A stretch of DNA of 64,000 bases, taken from NCBI RefSeq assembly GCF_004010195.1, contig NC_057754.1, positions 12,868,701 through 12,932,700 of the forward strand, read 5' to 3'. Source of the DNA: Chiloscyllium plagiosum. Its lineage: Eukaryota. The notes beneath the pieces are model-generated. The model was not told the DNA's origin. It searched no databases and worked only from the letters and a program-made list of their open reading frames with translations. Positions 48,057 through 61,544 of this stretch are shown here, in pieces (positions within the stretch are counted from its first letter, which is position 1; every line of letters begins with the position of its first letter). The position numbers and the translations under genes are program-made.

Positions 48057-50831
48057 AAATAGATACAGTGCCTATCACTAACTAACTGTACCAATAGAGT
48101 AAGATCCCAGATACACAAGCACTAAGTAAAAAGGCACATTCAGACCCAGTGCAGGAGGTAAAAACCTATCCAGAGAAAATTCAGAGAGACTAGCAGCCAG
48201 GAGACAGTTAGTGATTCTTCCAACTCTTTCGACATCCCAATAGCTTCTGATCCTACTGAGAAACTAAAACCCAGAGATCCTAATCTGTGAGGGTTGGCCA
48301 CACCCATTCATGCCTCATTAAAATAAACTCAGCTCTTTACTCATTACCAACATCTGTTTTACATTTGGGCACACTGTGGACACTCATGTCTTAAGTTTGG
48401 GAAGCACTCCGATGCCAAATAAACCTTCAGCTGCATAGCTTGCGTTCTTTGGAAATCGAAATCTTCCGGACATTGTCCCAAATATCTGCCCATTCCTCTG
48501 GTGAAGATGTCTACTCCCAATTGCTGAACACAAATTCCACACAACTGCTCGATGTCTTTTGAGACACTACCTCCTATTAAATGCTAGAGGGTGCTGACCG
48601 AGATAGTGCCCGTGGACTGAAGCACTCTCATCTCCATATTCGACTTATAGGGCCTAACCATTAATTTATTCTTTTTCTGTATAAAATCCATAATCTCTAA
48701 GTAACAAAAGTGGTCCCTCCGAGAGAGCTCATATTTCTGGTTCAGCTGCTCGAAAGACATCATTCCCTCCCCGTCAAATAAGTCTCCCAAACAGGAAACT
48801 CCTCTGGACTCCCAGAGCCAAAATCCAGAATCCATCAATCCTACAATGGGAGTAAAAGGGGAAGTGTCATGTTTTGTAAGTTGCCCTCACTTTGTTGCAT
48901 CATTCTCCATGCTTTAACTGTGTTAAGGACAATTGGATTTCTGCAATGGTCCATAACAATCCGCATCTTGCCAATGAACAACAGATTAATGAGGGGATAT
49001 TTTGCCTGTGAGGCATCGATGTCTAACCACATTGACCGTGGGTCTTGGCAAGCCCAATCAGTCACATAGGCTAGGAGGGAACTCAATTGATATTTGTTAA
49101 AGTGTGTAAAATCCACATCCCTCAGCCCCCGCAGAAGCTGCAATTCGGTGACCTTCATAAGAGGTCGCCTGTGATGCCAAATAAAAGATCCAAGCTGACT
49201 GTAAAGCTCCGTATAAGCTGCCTGGGCAGCATCAAAAGGTGCATTTACATGGGATAAAATAAACGGGGGAATACATTCATTTTGACCGGAGCTATTCTAC
49301 CCAACCAGGATATCGAAAGATCCTCCCAGTGCTGAAGGTCGTGCCTTATGTTCTCGAGCAACTGCAGAAGGTAGATTTATCTAATTGATTGAAGGCTGGG
49401 GTGATAAAAATGCCTAAATACAGGAAACCTTCCTCTGACCATCTGAAAGTGAATCGGATTCTACCTCCAAGATCGGGTACTCTAATAAGACCCCCGACAG
49501 GCATGGTCTCCGATTTCATAAAATTGATTTTATACCCAAGAAAGATCCAAATACATTAATCACTTGGGGCACAGATATCATCGAGTTAGTTAGAAAGAGA
49601 AGAACGTCATTTGCATAAAGTGTGATCTTATGCCATCCTGATCCTACCTCCAGGGCAGTAATATTGTGGTCCCTCCAGATGGGTTCTGCCAAAGGCTCAA
49701 TCACCAATGTAAATAGTAACGGTGAAAGAGGACACCTTTGACGGCTGCCTCTGCCATTGCTAAAATTGTCAGACCTTATACCATGAGTGAAATCCGCTGC
49801 TTTATAACGAGATAATACTGTCACCCACCTGGCAAAGGCCCCACAAAGGCCAAACCATTCCAGGACATAAAAGAGTTACGGCCACTACCAAGCCTGGAAT
49901 CGACCCTTGCTGGCACACCTGAACCATATTAGCACTCTACTATTATTATTAGACGACCTGTGATCCCTAACAAAACCTGTCTGGTCCTATTTCACAATGA
50001 AGGGCAAGACGTTCTCCAGCTTCAACGCCAGCATTTCACCAAAATATTGAAGTCCACGTTTGATAAGGGTATAGGCCTTTATGAAGTGCAATCCTCGGGA
50101 GAATAACATAAATATTTCCTTCTCTCAGAGAGGATGGGAGGCAGGCCTGACTGTACGAATAATTGTAAATATCCAACAGCCAGCATGTCTATGAACTCCT
50201 TTTAAATCTCACTCTAAAATCCATCTGGGCCCGGTGCTTTACCACTCTGGAGCTGCCTCACCGCCTGCTATATCTTTTGGATTGTCAGAGGAGCATTCGA
50301 AAGAGACATCTGCTCTGACGTTACACCTGGGAAGTCCAGGGTGCTAAAAAGGGGCTTCATTGTTGCCAATCTCCTCACAGCCCTCTGATTGGAACAGCCC
50401 AGAAAAAAACTTAATGAATGCTGCATTAATCTTTCTGGGATCTCAAGTGATTTTAACAGCACACTCGTGAATGGATGTGATAGACTGGGGGCACTCTTCT
50501 TTCTGGCCAAGTATTCCAAGTATCTACCCGGATTATCACCATACTCGAATACCCTCTGTTTCGCAAATGAAATCGCTCTCTTTACTGTCTGGGTGGGCGC
50601 AGCGTTCCGAGCAGCCCGGAGCATTGTGATCTGTTGCAACTTCGTTACAGACGGTCTGTCAAAATATGCTCTGTCAGCTGCTGCTCTCTCTTCTACCGCT
50701 TCCGAGTCGCCGAATAATAAATAATCAAACCCCTTGCACAGGCCTTGGCAGTCTCCCAGAACACCGTCGGATTACTGGCCGTCCAAATTACTGCACATTT
50801 TTTTTTTAAAATCCCATGAAAAATATTCAAT

Positions 50832-51597
50832 AAGGAAACAAATCTTAGCAGGACTTATACACCTAATGGTAAGTTCCTAGGGAGTGTTGCTGAACAAAGA
50901 GACCTTGGAGTTCAGGTTCATAGCTCCTTGAAAGTGGAGTCACAGGTAGGTAGGATGGTGAAGAAGGCGTTTGGTATGCTTTCCATTATTGAGTACAGGA
51001 GTTGGGATATCATGTTCCGGCTGTACAGGACATTGGTCAGGCCACTGTTGAAATATTGCGTGTAACTGTGGTCTCCTTCCTATCGGAAAGATGTTGTGAA
51101 ACTTGAAAGTGCTCAGAAAAGATTTACAAGGATGTTGCCAGGGTTGGAGGTTCTGAGCTGCAGGGAGATGCTGAACAGGCTAGGGCTGCTTTCCCGGGAG
51201 CGTCATAGGCTGAGGAGTGAATTATGGAAGTTTACAAAATTATGAGGGGCATGGATCGGATAAATAGACGAAGTCTTTTCCCTGGGGTCGGGGAGTCAGA
51301 ACTAGAGGGCATAGGTTTAGGGTGAGAGCGGAAAGATGTAAATGAGACTTAAGGGGCAACTTATTCACACAGAAGGTGGTATGCACATGGAATGACCTGC
51401 CAGAGGATATGGTGGAGTCTGGTGCAATTGCAACATTTAAGAGGTATTTGGATGGGTATATGAATAGGAAGGGTTTGGAGGGATATGTGCCGGGTGCTGG
51501 CAGGTGGGGCTAGATTGGGTTGGGATATCTGGTCGGCATGGACGGGTTGGACCGAAGGGTCTATTTCCATGCTGAACATCTCTATGACTCTATGACT
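50832..51597 (+). mobile_element. CR1 LINE 3' portion nested in L1
   Basis: Near-identical to 10140-10915. (ctatga)n tail. Confidence 0.92.
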
Positions 51598-52069
51598 AGC
51601 TATCCTTCAGGGGGAAAGTATCCATGCACCAGTGCTGCGAGCCTGTCCCATCGCCACCATCCTTAACCTCCATGTACACTGCCACATTATCAGAAATGGC
51701 TATGTTCCCAATTCTACAGGATAGCACTGAATTCAAAAAGGCCAATGGGGCAAAAATATGTCAATCCTAGTTTGGCACTTATATGAGTTAGGTAAAAAGG
51801 TGAAGTCCCTACCCTAAGAGAGTACCATCTCCACACATCCACCAAGCCCAGCACCCTGTTTAGATCCATCAGCTGCCTAGATTGCAGGGAAATATCCGCA
51901 AGAACCGGAAACACCCTATCCACCTTGGGATCCATATGTTGGTTAAAGTCGCCCCCTATAATTGTATAATGCCCCCCAAGGGCCATCATCCTGGAGAGTG
52001 CATCCGTTAATTTGAACGGTGTACCAGGGGCAAGATGGAGGACGAGAACCATTTCTGGCTGTAAGAGCT

Positions 52070-54067
52070 GCTCCTTTTTTTGAGACATTTTAGGTGCTGG
52101 AGGTGATTTCCTCGAATTCCAGGAGCAGCAATTACTGTTTTATGTACTGTTGCATTGTTTTGGAACTTTGGGGAAAAGAAATGTCAAAACAACAGCAGTT
52201 TCAAAAGGGATAAGAACAGAGAAAAGAAGCGCATGGTGAGGACAGTGCAGGGAAGAGAGAGAGAGAGAGAGAGAAGGGGAGAGAGAGAGAGAGAGAACTT
52301 GCACAGTTACGGCGTTTGCTGTTTTTGATTTCATGTATCGCTGGCCATCGGAGTGCATCTGGGAAAATTAACAAACAATGAATTTCACGACTAATCTTGG
52401 AGAAACCTGTTTGGGCGAAGTTCACAACACAGAATCAGATAAGTAGATAAGTTAATCGTTGTTTTAAGTCTATCCAATAGAAAGGCTGCAGTAGTGAGTA
52501 TTCTTGATTAAATGTTTTTGGAGATAAGTCTCTTGATTAAACTTAAAATATAAGCCATAACTATTAATTTAACCTGGTGCAGTGTTTTGTCAAGGAATAA
52601 GACGGTGTTATTTTCTGGGTCTATAGATTGTGAAGGAGCAAAAATGGCCTTTGCAGTGATATGTACTTTTTGTCAGATATGGGAGGTTAAAGAGAGTTTA
52701 AGGGTTACTGCGGATTATATCTGCCATAAATGCTGTTGGATGCGAATCTTATCGGTTGGATAGACAGTTAGAAGCGATAAGGTATTTGCAACAGCAACAG
52801 TAGGTGATGGATGGCAGTTATAGGAAGGGGGAAAGTCACAGATACAGTTTTTTTAAGAAGTAACATAGAGGATTGATGAGGGCAGAGCAATGGATGTGAT
52901 CTATGTGGACTTCAGTAAGGCGTTCGACAAGGTTCCCCATGGGAGATTGATTATCAAGGTTAGATCTCATGGAATACAGGGGGAACTAGCCAATTTGGAG
53001 ACAGAACTGGCTCAAAGATAGAAGACAGAGAGTGGTGGTTGAGACTTGTTTTTCAGAATGGAGGCCTGTGACCAGTGGAGTGCGACAAGGATCTGTGCTG
53101 GGCCCTCTACTTTTTGGCATTTACATAAATGATTTGGATGCGAGCATAAGAGGTACAGTTAGTAAGTTTGCAGATGACATCAAAATTGGTGGTGTAATGG
53201 ACAGCGAAGAGGGTTACCTCAGATTACAACAGGGTCTGGACCAGATGGGCCAATGGGCTGAGAAGTGGCAGATCGAGTTTAATTCAGATAAATGCGACGT
53301 GCTGCATTTTGGGAAAGCAAATATTAGCAGTACTTATACACTTAGGGAGTGTTGCTGAACAAAGAGACCTTGGAATGCAGGTTCATAGCTCCTTGAAAGT
53401 GGAATCGCAGGTAGATAAGATAGTGAATAAGGCGTTTGGTATGCTTTCTTTTATTGTTCAGAGTAATGAGTACAGGGGTTGAGAGGTCATGTTGCAGCTG
53501 TACAGGACATTGCTTCGGCCACTGTTGGAATATTGCGTGTAATTCTGGTCTCCTTCCTATCGGAAAGATGTTGTGAAACCTGAAAGGGTTCAGAAAAGAT
53601 TTGCAAATATGTTGCCAGGGTTGGAAGATTTCAGCTATAGAGAGAGGCCGAACAGGCTGGGGCTGTTTTCTCTGGAGCGTCTGACGCTGAGGGGAGACCT
53701 TATAGAGTTACACAAAAATATGAGGGGCATAGATAGAATAAATAGACAAAATCTTTTCCCTGGAGTTGCGGAGTCCAGAACTAGAGGGCATAGGATTAGG
53801 GTGAGAGGGGAAGGCTATAAAGACCTGAGAGGCAACTTTTCAAGGGTGGTACGTGCATGGAATGAGCTACCAGAGGAAGTGGTGGAGGCTGGTATAATTG
53901 CAACATATAAGAGACATTAGGATGGGTATGTGAATAGGAAGAGTTTAGAGGGATATTGCCTGGGTGCTGGCAGGTGGGACTAGATTGGGTTGGGATATCT
54001 TGTCGGCATGGATGGGTTGGACCAAAGGGTCTGTTTCCATGGTGTACATCTCTATGACTCTATGACT
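52070..54067 (+). mobile_element. CR1 LINE with 5' UTR and ORF1 start, a large internal deletion and RT 3' part, nested in L1
   Basis: MAFAVICTFCQIWE at about 52644. ORFs 53032-53358 (GSVLGP, FADDIK) and 53573-53920. (ctatga)n tail. Confidence 0.88.
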
Positions 54068-56094
54068 CTCTCCCATGTTCCTCTCTATGTATTAAAGCTT
54101 TATGGATCAGAAACAGTTGACTTTCGTCCTTAATGTTGTCAATCAACTGATATAGAAGGTTCTTCTGAATAAGAAAAGCTACTCCTCTACATTTTGAATT
54201 AAAGGATGAAAATAACACCCAGCCAAACACTGTCTCCTGTAACCTTAATGTTCCTTATTGGTTAGATGTCTTTTTTTCTGGCACCAAGGTTACATCAACC
54301 CTTTCCTTTCTAAGGCCTGAAAGCATCAATTGATGATTGACTCCCGTTTAATGTTCCGAGTGCACCATTTAAACGAGCGGTTCGCCATAGCCAACCGAAA
54401 CAGCCCGTGCTCCCCCTGTGAGGAAGGACCCCTTTATTGCGCACTGCGAGGAAGTGGTAAACAGTTCGTATAAACTTGAAAATGCAACTGCAAAAACGAC
54501 CAACTCAAAACTCCGAACAACTCCTTGTACAATGAACCAACATATAACACAATTAAGAAGTGATTCTCCCTCCTTCCCCACAGGGAGCGCTCATACTGCC
54601 CAGTAATCCCCCTTGGCTCCTACGAGCTGAAGCGCTCGCCAAACCCAGACAAAACAAACTTAAAAAAGTTATATGTGTCTTACAACAAGAAAATTAAAAG
54701 TAGGCACTCAACCCGTCCCATTCATATCCAAGGCAGTCCTCGTGAAAAAAACTGTAGCCCTCCCCCCACCACCCCCACCCCCGAACACTGCTCCCATTCC
54801 GTATTAAGAGAGAGAAACGAAAAGGAAATGAGGGAAAAAAAATTGGGAGGGGAGGAAGACAGGAGAAAAGAGACAAAGAGAAATTAATGGGCCCCCCACA
54901 TATTAAAATAAAACCAAAACCAGGTAAACGAGGCAAACCACAGAGGAAACAAAGAGAACATGATTGTCCATATTATTTGAGCCAGCCAATCTGTCTTACG
55001 GTGTCCAGGAAGTCCTTTGCATTTTCTAGTGAGTCAAAATTAAACAAAGACCCTCCGTGGTTGAAACGTAATATTGTCGGGTATCGTACAATATACTGAA
55101 TATTCAATTCCCTCAGCCTCCTTTTTACTCTATCAAAGGCCTGCCTCTTGTGGATCATGGCCATAGAAAGGTCCTGGAAAAACATAATTCGCGATCTTTT
55201 GGATATAAAAGCTTGTGGATCCTTCCACATTGCTGGAGAACCATTTGTTTCTCTCCATAGTGCTGGAGTTGCACAAGGACTGGGCGGGGTGCTGGTCTCA
55301 CCCGGGCTTGTGCACTGCGATCTGGTAGGCCTGCTCGACCTGCACCTCGCCCGCCTCGAATTCCAGCTTCAAAAACTACCGAAGCCATTGCTCCAAAACC
55401 TGATGTGCCGGCCTTCATCTTCCCGTCCCGCCAGCCCGACCAGGCAGATATTCTTCTGATGGCCTCGATTTTGAAAGTCGACCTGCTCCTCCACGCCCGG
55501 TACCCGCCTCCCAAGGCCTGAACCCGACCTGCTGAGTATTCCACTGCAGTTTAAGAGGACACAGTCCGCTGCTCAACTCCATGACATTTGTATGAGACGC
55601 TGGATCTCCTAGTCATGCTTCTGCAGCATGGCCGAGGTAGGTTCCAGCCTGGTCTGGGTCTCCTCCATCTCTGAATCAATCTTCTCTCGGAGTTTTACGT
55701 ACTCCATGACTGAGCTCTGCTCTAATGGTAAGCCCCCTGGCGGGTTCACAGAGGCCGACGCCACAGCCACGGGCGTATCTATTGCTGCAGGGCAGTGACT
55801 GCTAGTTGCGATCCACGTGGTCCTTTACCCTTAGTCATTTTCCTTACTCACTTCAACTGACATACAGAAATACGGGGGATCAGTATTTTTACCACAATGG
55901 GTAAGAAAGAGAAGGTGAATGCACCACTTTGTCTGCGTTCTGGTTTAGAGCTGAGCAGGGCAAACCTACTGGGTCGCCAATATCTTGTATCTCCGCCGAA
56001 AATAAATCACCTTTAATAACTTTTTAAAAAATGGTTTGAAGCTGTTTCTTGTAGACAGAGACAATGGAAAACCAGTAGATGTGATATAGTTAGA

Positions 56095-56540
56095 TATTCA
56101 TTGCTTGTGGTCATGCCAAAAACTTTGTAGGTATTGGGGCGCTACAGCGAGTGTTTTGGAAGAGGTCTTGGAAACCGAGGTCAAGGTAGATCTGGTGTCC
56201 CTCCTCTTTGGTTCGCCGAATCACCCATTTTGGGAAGAGGTTGTTTAGTATTCTTTCAATTTGTGCGAGGAAGAACATTCTGATAAGGTGGGTGTCGGAA
56301 AATCCCCCAGGATTCTCGGGGTGGTGTAGGTTAGTTATGGAGCACATACCAATGAACTCCCTCACCATTATAGTGCACCAGAAAAATGAACTTTCTGATA
56401 GGACGTGGCGGCCCTTTTTGAACCATGGAGACACGGGCTTATTAGCTATTTTGGTCAGGGCCATTGTGTGACCATTAGCATTGTGTCTAGTGTCCCAGAT
56501 GCCCCATGGGAGGAAGAATTCTAAACAAACACGGCTACAC
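56095..56540 (+). mobile_element. L1 ORF2 C-terminal end and start of the 3' UTR
   Basis: HCLWSCQKLCRYW...CARKNILIRW...WCRLVMEHIPM...TWRPFL. Confidence 0.8.
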
Positions 56541-57239
56541 AATACCAGCTTTCGATACACTAAGGAGCCAATTAGGACCCACAGTCGGAACATACAGGAA
56601 AGCTTAAGCCATACATCTTGCACATTGTTTCTGAGCTTGATAAAGATGTCCCCAGGAATCCAGGGATCTGAGCTTCAACTGCTAGGTTAAGGTACAGAAG
56701 GTTGGATATTCATGTTATAATTGGATGATTACTTGACTGACAAATTGAATAAATGTGGCTCTTCTCAGATAAATGGGACGAGCTGGAGGAATCAAACTTT
56801 GGGGGGGGGGGGGGGGGCTCCAATAATAAGAATAAGAACATAAAATAAATATGCTGAGAGATAAGCTCAAATGATCAGTTATATCAGATGTCCAATCCAC
56901 CTCACAGAATCAGACACCATAATCCAGATGAGATATCTGTTTAGCATGGAGCACAGTGCAGACCAGGCTAGTGTCCTGCTCAATACAACCCAGTACTCTG
57001 TACAGACAGAGCAGACCACACCAGTTCATGTGGAGATGTGCAGTGTATAACAGTGAATTGCTCTGTAAAGCTGGAGCAGTTAGTGCTGTGTCCACCACCC
57101 TAATACATTGTTCAGTAAATAGTGTGTTAGATCACTGCCCAGCATGGGGAAACTTGCAGCCCATGCTGGAAGTGACAGGATATGTAGCTCCCATCCATTT
57201 AGACTTCATACTTCCATTATGCCAAGGGATGTAGAACAT

Positions 57240-58850
57240 CTAGTCAAAAGGTAGGAGGAAGTTTACATAAGGTTGAGGTGGCAAGGATCAGACAGGTCTC
57301 TAGAGGCTTACAAGTCAGCCAGGAAGGAACTGAAGAATGAACTCATAAGAGCGGGCATGAAAAAGCCTTGGTGGGTAAGATTAAGGTAAGTCTAAGACAT
57401 TCTACACTTATGTCAGGAACAAGAGAACGGCCAGAGTGAGGGTAGGGCTCATCACAGATTGTGGAGGGAATTTGTGTCATGAGTGGATGGGGGTAGGGGA
57501 AGTCCTTAATGAATGCTTAGCTTCAGTATGTATGACTGAGATGGACATTGAAGTTTATGGGGACAGCGTGGAACAGGCTGATATGCTAGAACAGGAGGAT
57601 GTAATGAAAACTTTGAGAAACACAACAATAGGTAAATCTCCTCGGCCAGACGGAAGAGAAGCAAGGATGCTACAGGAAGCGAGGGAACAGATTGCTGCAC
57701 GTTTGGCAATGATCTTTGCGTCCCCACTGTCCACTGGAGTCATGCCAGATGAAAGGAGATTGGCAAATGTTATTCCCTTGTTCAAGAAATGGAATAAGGA
57801 TAATCCTGAGAATTATAGACCAATCGGTCTTATGACAGAGGTGGGCAAAGTTTTGGAGAGGATTCTGAGAGACATGATTTCTGATTACTTGGAAAAACAT
57901 TTTTTGATAGAGATAGTCAGTATGCCTTTGTGAGGGGCAGGCCATGCCTCACGAATCTTATTGAATCATTTGAGGATGTGACGTAACACATTTATGAAGG
58001 TAGATGAATGGATGTGGCATATATGGATTTAAGCAAGGCATTTGATAAATTTATCTACGGTAGGCTCATTCAGACAGTAAGGAGGCATGGGATACAGGGA
58101 AATCTGGCTGTCTGGATACAGAACTTCTGGCCCATAGAACACAGAGGGTGGTAGTAGATGGAAATCATTCAGTCTGGAGCTCTGTGATCAGTGGTGTCCC
58201 GCGGGATCGGTTTAAGACCTCTGCTCCTTGCGATTTTTATAAATGGCTTGGTTGAGGAAGTGGAAGGGTGGGTTTCTACGTTTGCCAATTACACAGATGT
58301 TGGTGGGGTTCTGGGTAACTTTGAGGTATTTTGTAGGTTGCAACGGAACATTCACAGGATTCAGAACTGAGCTGATGAATAGCAGATCGAGTTAAACCTG
58401 GAAAAGTGTGAAGTTATTCACTTTCGAGGGTCGAATTTGAATGTAGAATATTGGGTTAAAGGTAGTATTCATGGCAGTGTGGAGGTACAGAGGGACCTTG
58501 GGGTCCATGTCCAGAGATCCCACAAAGTTGCCACCCATGTTGATGTCAAATCAGCAACAGCGAGGACTGCAGATGCTGGAGATCAGGGTCAAGATTAGAG
58601 TGGTGCTGGAAAAGCACAGCAGGTCAGGCAGCATCCAAGGAGCAGATGATTAGGGCTCCAGCCTGAAACGTCGATTTACCTGCTCCTCAGATGCTGCTTG
58701 ACCTGCTGTGCGTTTCCAACACCATCGTAATCTTGACCCAAGTTGATGTGGTCGTTTAGAAAGGATATATTATGTTGGCTTTCACAAGCTTGGGCACTGA
58801 ATTTCAGAGCAGTGAGGTTATGCTACAGCACTATAAAGCCCGGATTAAAT
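57240..58850 (+). mobile_element. Degenerate CR1 LINE containing a palindromic Penelope-derived insert (about 58561-58737)
   Basis: ORF 57436-57933 (NVIPLFKK, ENYRPIGL). The CR1 sequence resumes at about 59604. Confidence 0.85.
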
Positions 58851-58853
58851 CAT

Positions 58854-59603
58854 TGTTATGAAGTTGAAGGTGTGTTTAGTACCTTTAAAGCGAGAGTGAA
58901 TGTTGTTCTGCACTGAGAGCTGGAAGCACCTGTCATATGAATAGCTAGCAGTCTCAGAGTAGACTGGAAAATATGAAGCATGCTGTGAAACAGATACCTT
59001 GAGTTTTGGTTGCGGTTTTGACAACAATTCGAATTTAACCAATCAGTTTAAATTACGCCCCGGTAAACTAAAGTCAATCGATTTTGAATTTATTGTTTTC
59101 CCAACATCCAAACAATGAGATGATCCAATGTTGAGGGGGATAAAAGAGGCAGGCAGTTCGAGAGTTAGACTGAGAGTAACTGTCATCTAGAGAGAGAGTG
59201 CCATGCAAAACTCTCTCTGTCAACGATACCGTTTCTGTATGAAACATCCCTGCACTAAAATTCAGAAGACAAACCAGGGTGATCTTCAGCTGAAGGAAGG
59301 AGGAATTGGAGATGACAGATGCTGTGTGATTTTGAAATTAAGTTGATGTAATTTTAAGACGGGCTTGTCTTATTGGAACATTATGTTGTTATAAAGTTGG
59401 AGGCAGATACCAATCATTTCAAAGAAAGAGGGGCTTAGAGTTATGAATAGCTGTTGTTCTATGTTCACTTTTAGAGTTAAAGAATAAATTGATGTTATTT
59501 ATCCTTAAAGAGTAGAATTTGGGATTTGTCACTCGTACTTTAACAGCTTACGAGACGAGTTGAGTTTTCTGGCTGTTTGAGTTAATTAGCGGAAGGGTTC
59601 ATT
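58854..59603 (+). mobile_element. Probable solo LTR inserted in CR1
   Basis: Starts TGTTATG, has TATA-like GATAAAAG at about 59139 and AATAAA at about 59483, and interrupts a continuous CR1 reading (YKARIK | HVEHCVQFWSP). Confidence 0.55.
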
Positions 59604-61544
59604 TCCACACGTGGAGCATTGTGTTCAGTTCTGGTCGCCTTGTCATAGCAAAGATGTGGAAGCAAAAGAGAGGTTGCAGAGGATTTCCTGCAGTGAAACA
59701 GAAATATTGACACACACCACACACAGCAAGTGAAATATTGTGAAAGTCACCACGCGAAAAAGTAAATACTGCCAGATTCTCCATGTCTGTATAAATATCA
59801 GTGTGTCACTGTGTGTATAGTATGCCTGTATTGATGACTGTGTATCTGTGTGTGCATGCGCATCAGTGTATCTGTGTGCCTGTATTAGTATCAGTGTGAC
59901 TGCATCAGTTTCTCTGTGTGTGTGTCTGTGTATTTGTATTCATTTTTGTATGTCTTTGCCTGTCCGTATTCGTCTCTGTGTGTACCTGCGTGTCTCTGTG
60001 TGTATCCGTGTGCATAGCGGATCTGTCAGCCTCTGTGGTGTTTAAAGTGAAGCAATTCCCCCTCTGCTGACCTTCACACTCTACTACATCGACGGCATTC
60101 GTGATGAAGTGTTCCGACCCAAAACGTTGATTTTCCAACTCCTCGGAGGCTGTCTGACCTGCTGTGCTTTTCCAGCACCACACTCTGGACTCTGATCTCC
60201 AGCATCTGCAGACCTCACGTTCTAACATCAGAGTTTCAGTCTGGGAGGGAAGCAGCTCACAGCACCATCCAAACTGACAGCACCGTCACCACACACGCAC
60301 ATGCACACACACATATAGGCAGGTGTAGGGAGGATCGTAATTGTACTGAGGACTCTAAGAGTGGAGAATGCTCATGTAGAGTAATGTTTGTTCTCCTTCT
60401 CCTCCTTCGTGAAACAGAGTGTACACAATAATGAGTATTTCCACTGCAACTGCATCAATCAAGGTCGACCGAACCATTTGTAAGGTGATATAATAAAGAA
60501 CGTTTATTGCACGTTCTTTAACTTGAAATCTTTTGTAATGCACTCTTACAAATTATAAGTGAGAAAGGATTGAAAAGTTCTGAAATTAACCCAATGAGGG
60601 TGGTAATATCTCAGGAAAAGCGTCGTTAGGTATCAGATGAAACGAATATGTGCTTCAAAAAGCGTTATTTGAAAACCCAAGCAGTTACGCAATATGAGAG
60701 ATTCACAGAATTTGATGTCCTCTGAGAGAGAGAAAAAAATCTAACACTTGTGCAGTGGCATGGGGAGGCCAGCAGAAGGTGACATCGTATGACTCTACAC
60801 TTAACATTGACAGACAGTAGAAATGGGGGAAGGGGGCAGGGTGTTGATCTCAGATTCAGTGGATTTACCACAAAAACCACAAAGGCCATATTTCACAGAG
60901 ATGACGACAGAGATGCACACAAACATACATAGACACATTATACACACAACACATATAGATATAGATTTGAACACTTACACACTAACACATGCACACTCCC
61001 GCACACAGAAAAAAAGTTTATTTAAGATAGAGATAAATACGTTTTTCATTAATAAGGAAACAATTGATCAGTTCGCGAATGCAAAAGAATGCGGCTCAGA
61101 AACATTTCACACTTGATCAAACGGCACAGCAGATCCAATTGGCTAAATGGCTTAATTCCACGCCAACTTGCTATTTTCTGAAGTGATTCAATTTTGAAGG
61201 TCGAATACAAATGCAGATTACAGGGTCAAACATAGCATTCTTGGCTGCGTGGAGAAACAGGCGGATTTTAGGGTCCACGTTCATAGGTATCACCAAGTTG
61301 TCAACTCAAGTTGATAGGGGTATTAAGAGAAGTGGCTTTTAATTGCTGTAATTTTCCCAGATTTCAACACTTCATTTGACAGTTCATTCCAAACACTCCG
61401 AGAAAAGGTTACCACTTTTATCTCTTTTAAAGCTTTTCACCTCACCTTCAATCTGTGTGCTCTAGTTTTGAACTTCCCCAACCTCAGAAAATATCCTTGG
61501 TTATTCGCCATTTCCACGGCCCTCATGATTTTATAAACCTCTAT

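Larger units (their letters stand above)
48346..55990 (-). mobile_element. L1-clade LINE, near full length, degenerate, with two nested CR1 insertions
   Basis: ORF1 about 55838-54973 (FFQDLS...IVRYPTILRF). ORF2 from about 54388 (MANRSFKWCTRNIK; SSFNSKCRGVAFL; IIGGDFN; RQRCPLSPLLF; LYANDVLL) to the CPKCKTDVG-like segment at about 48346-48375. Confidence 0.88.
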
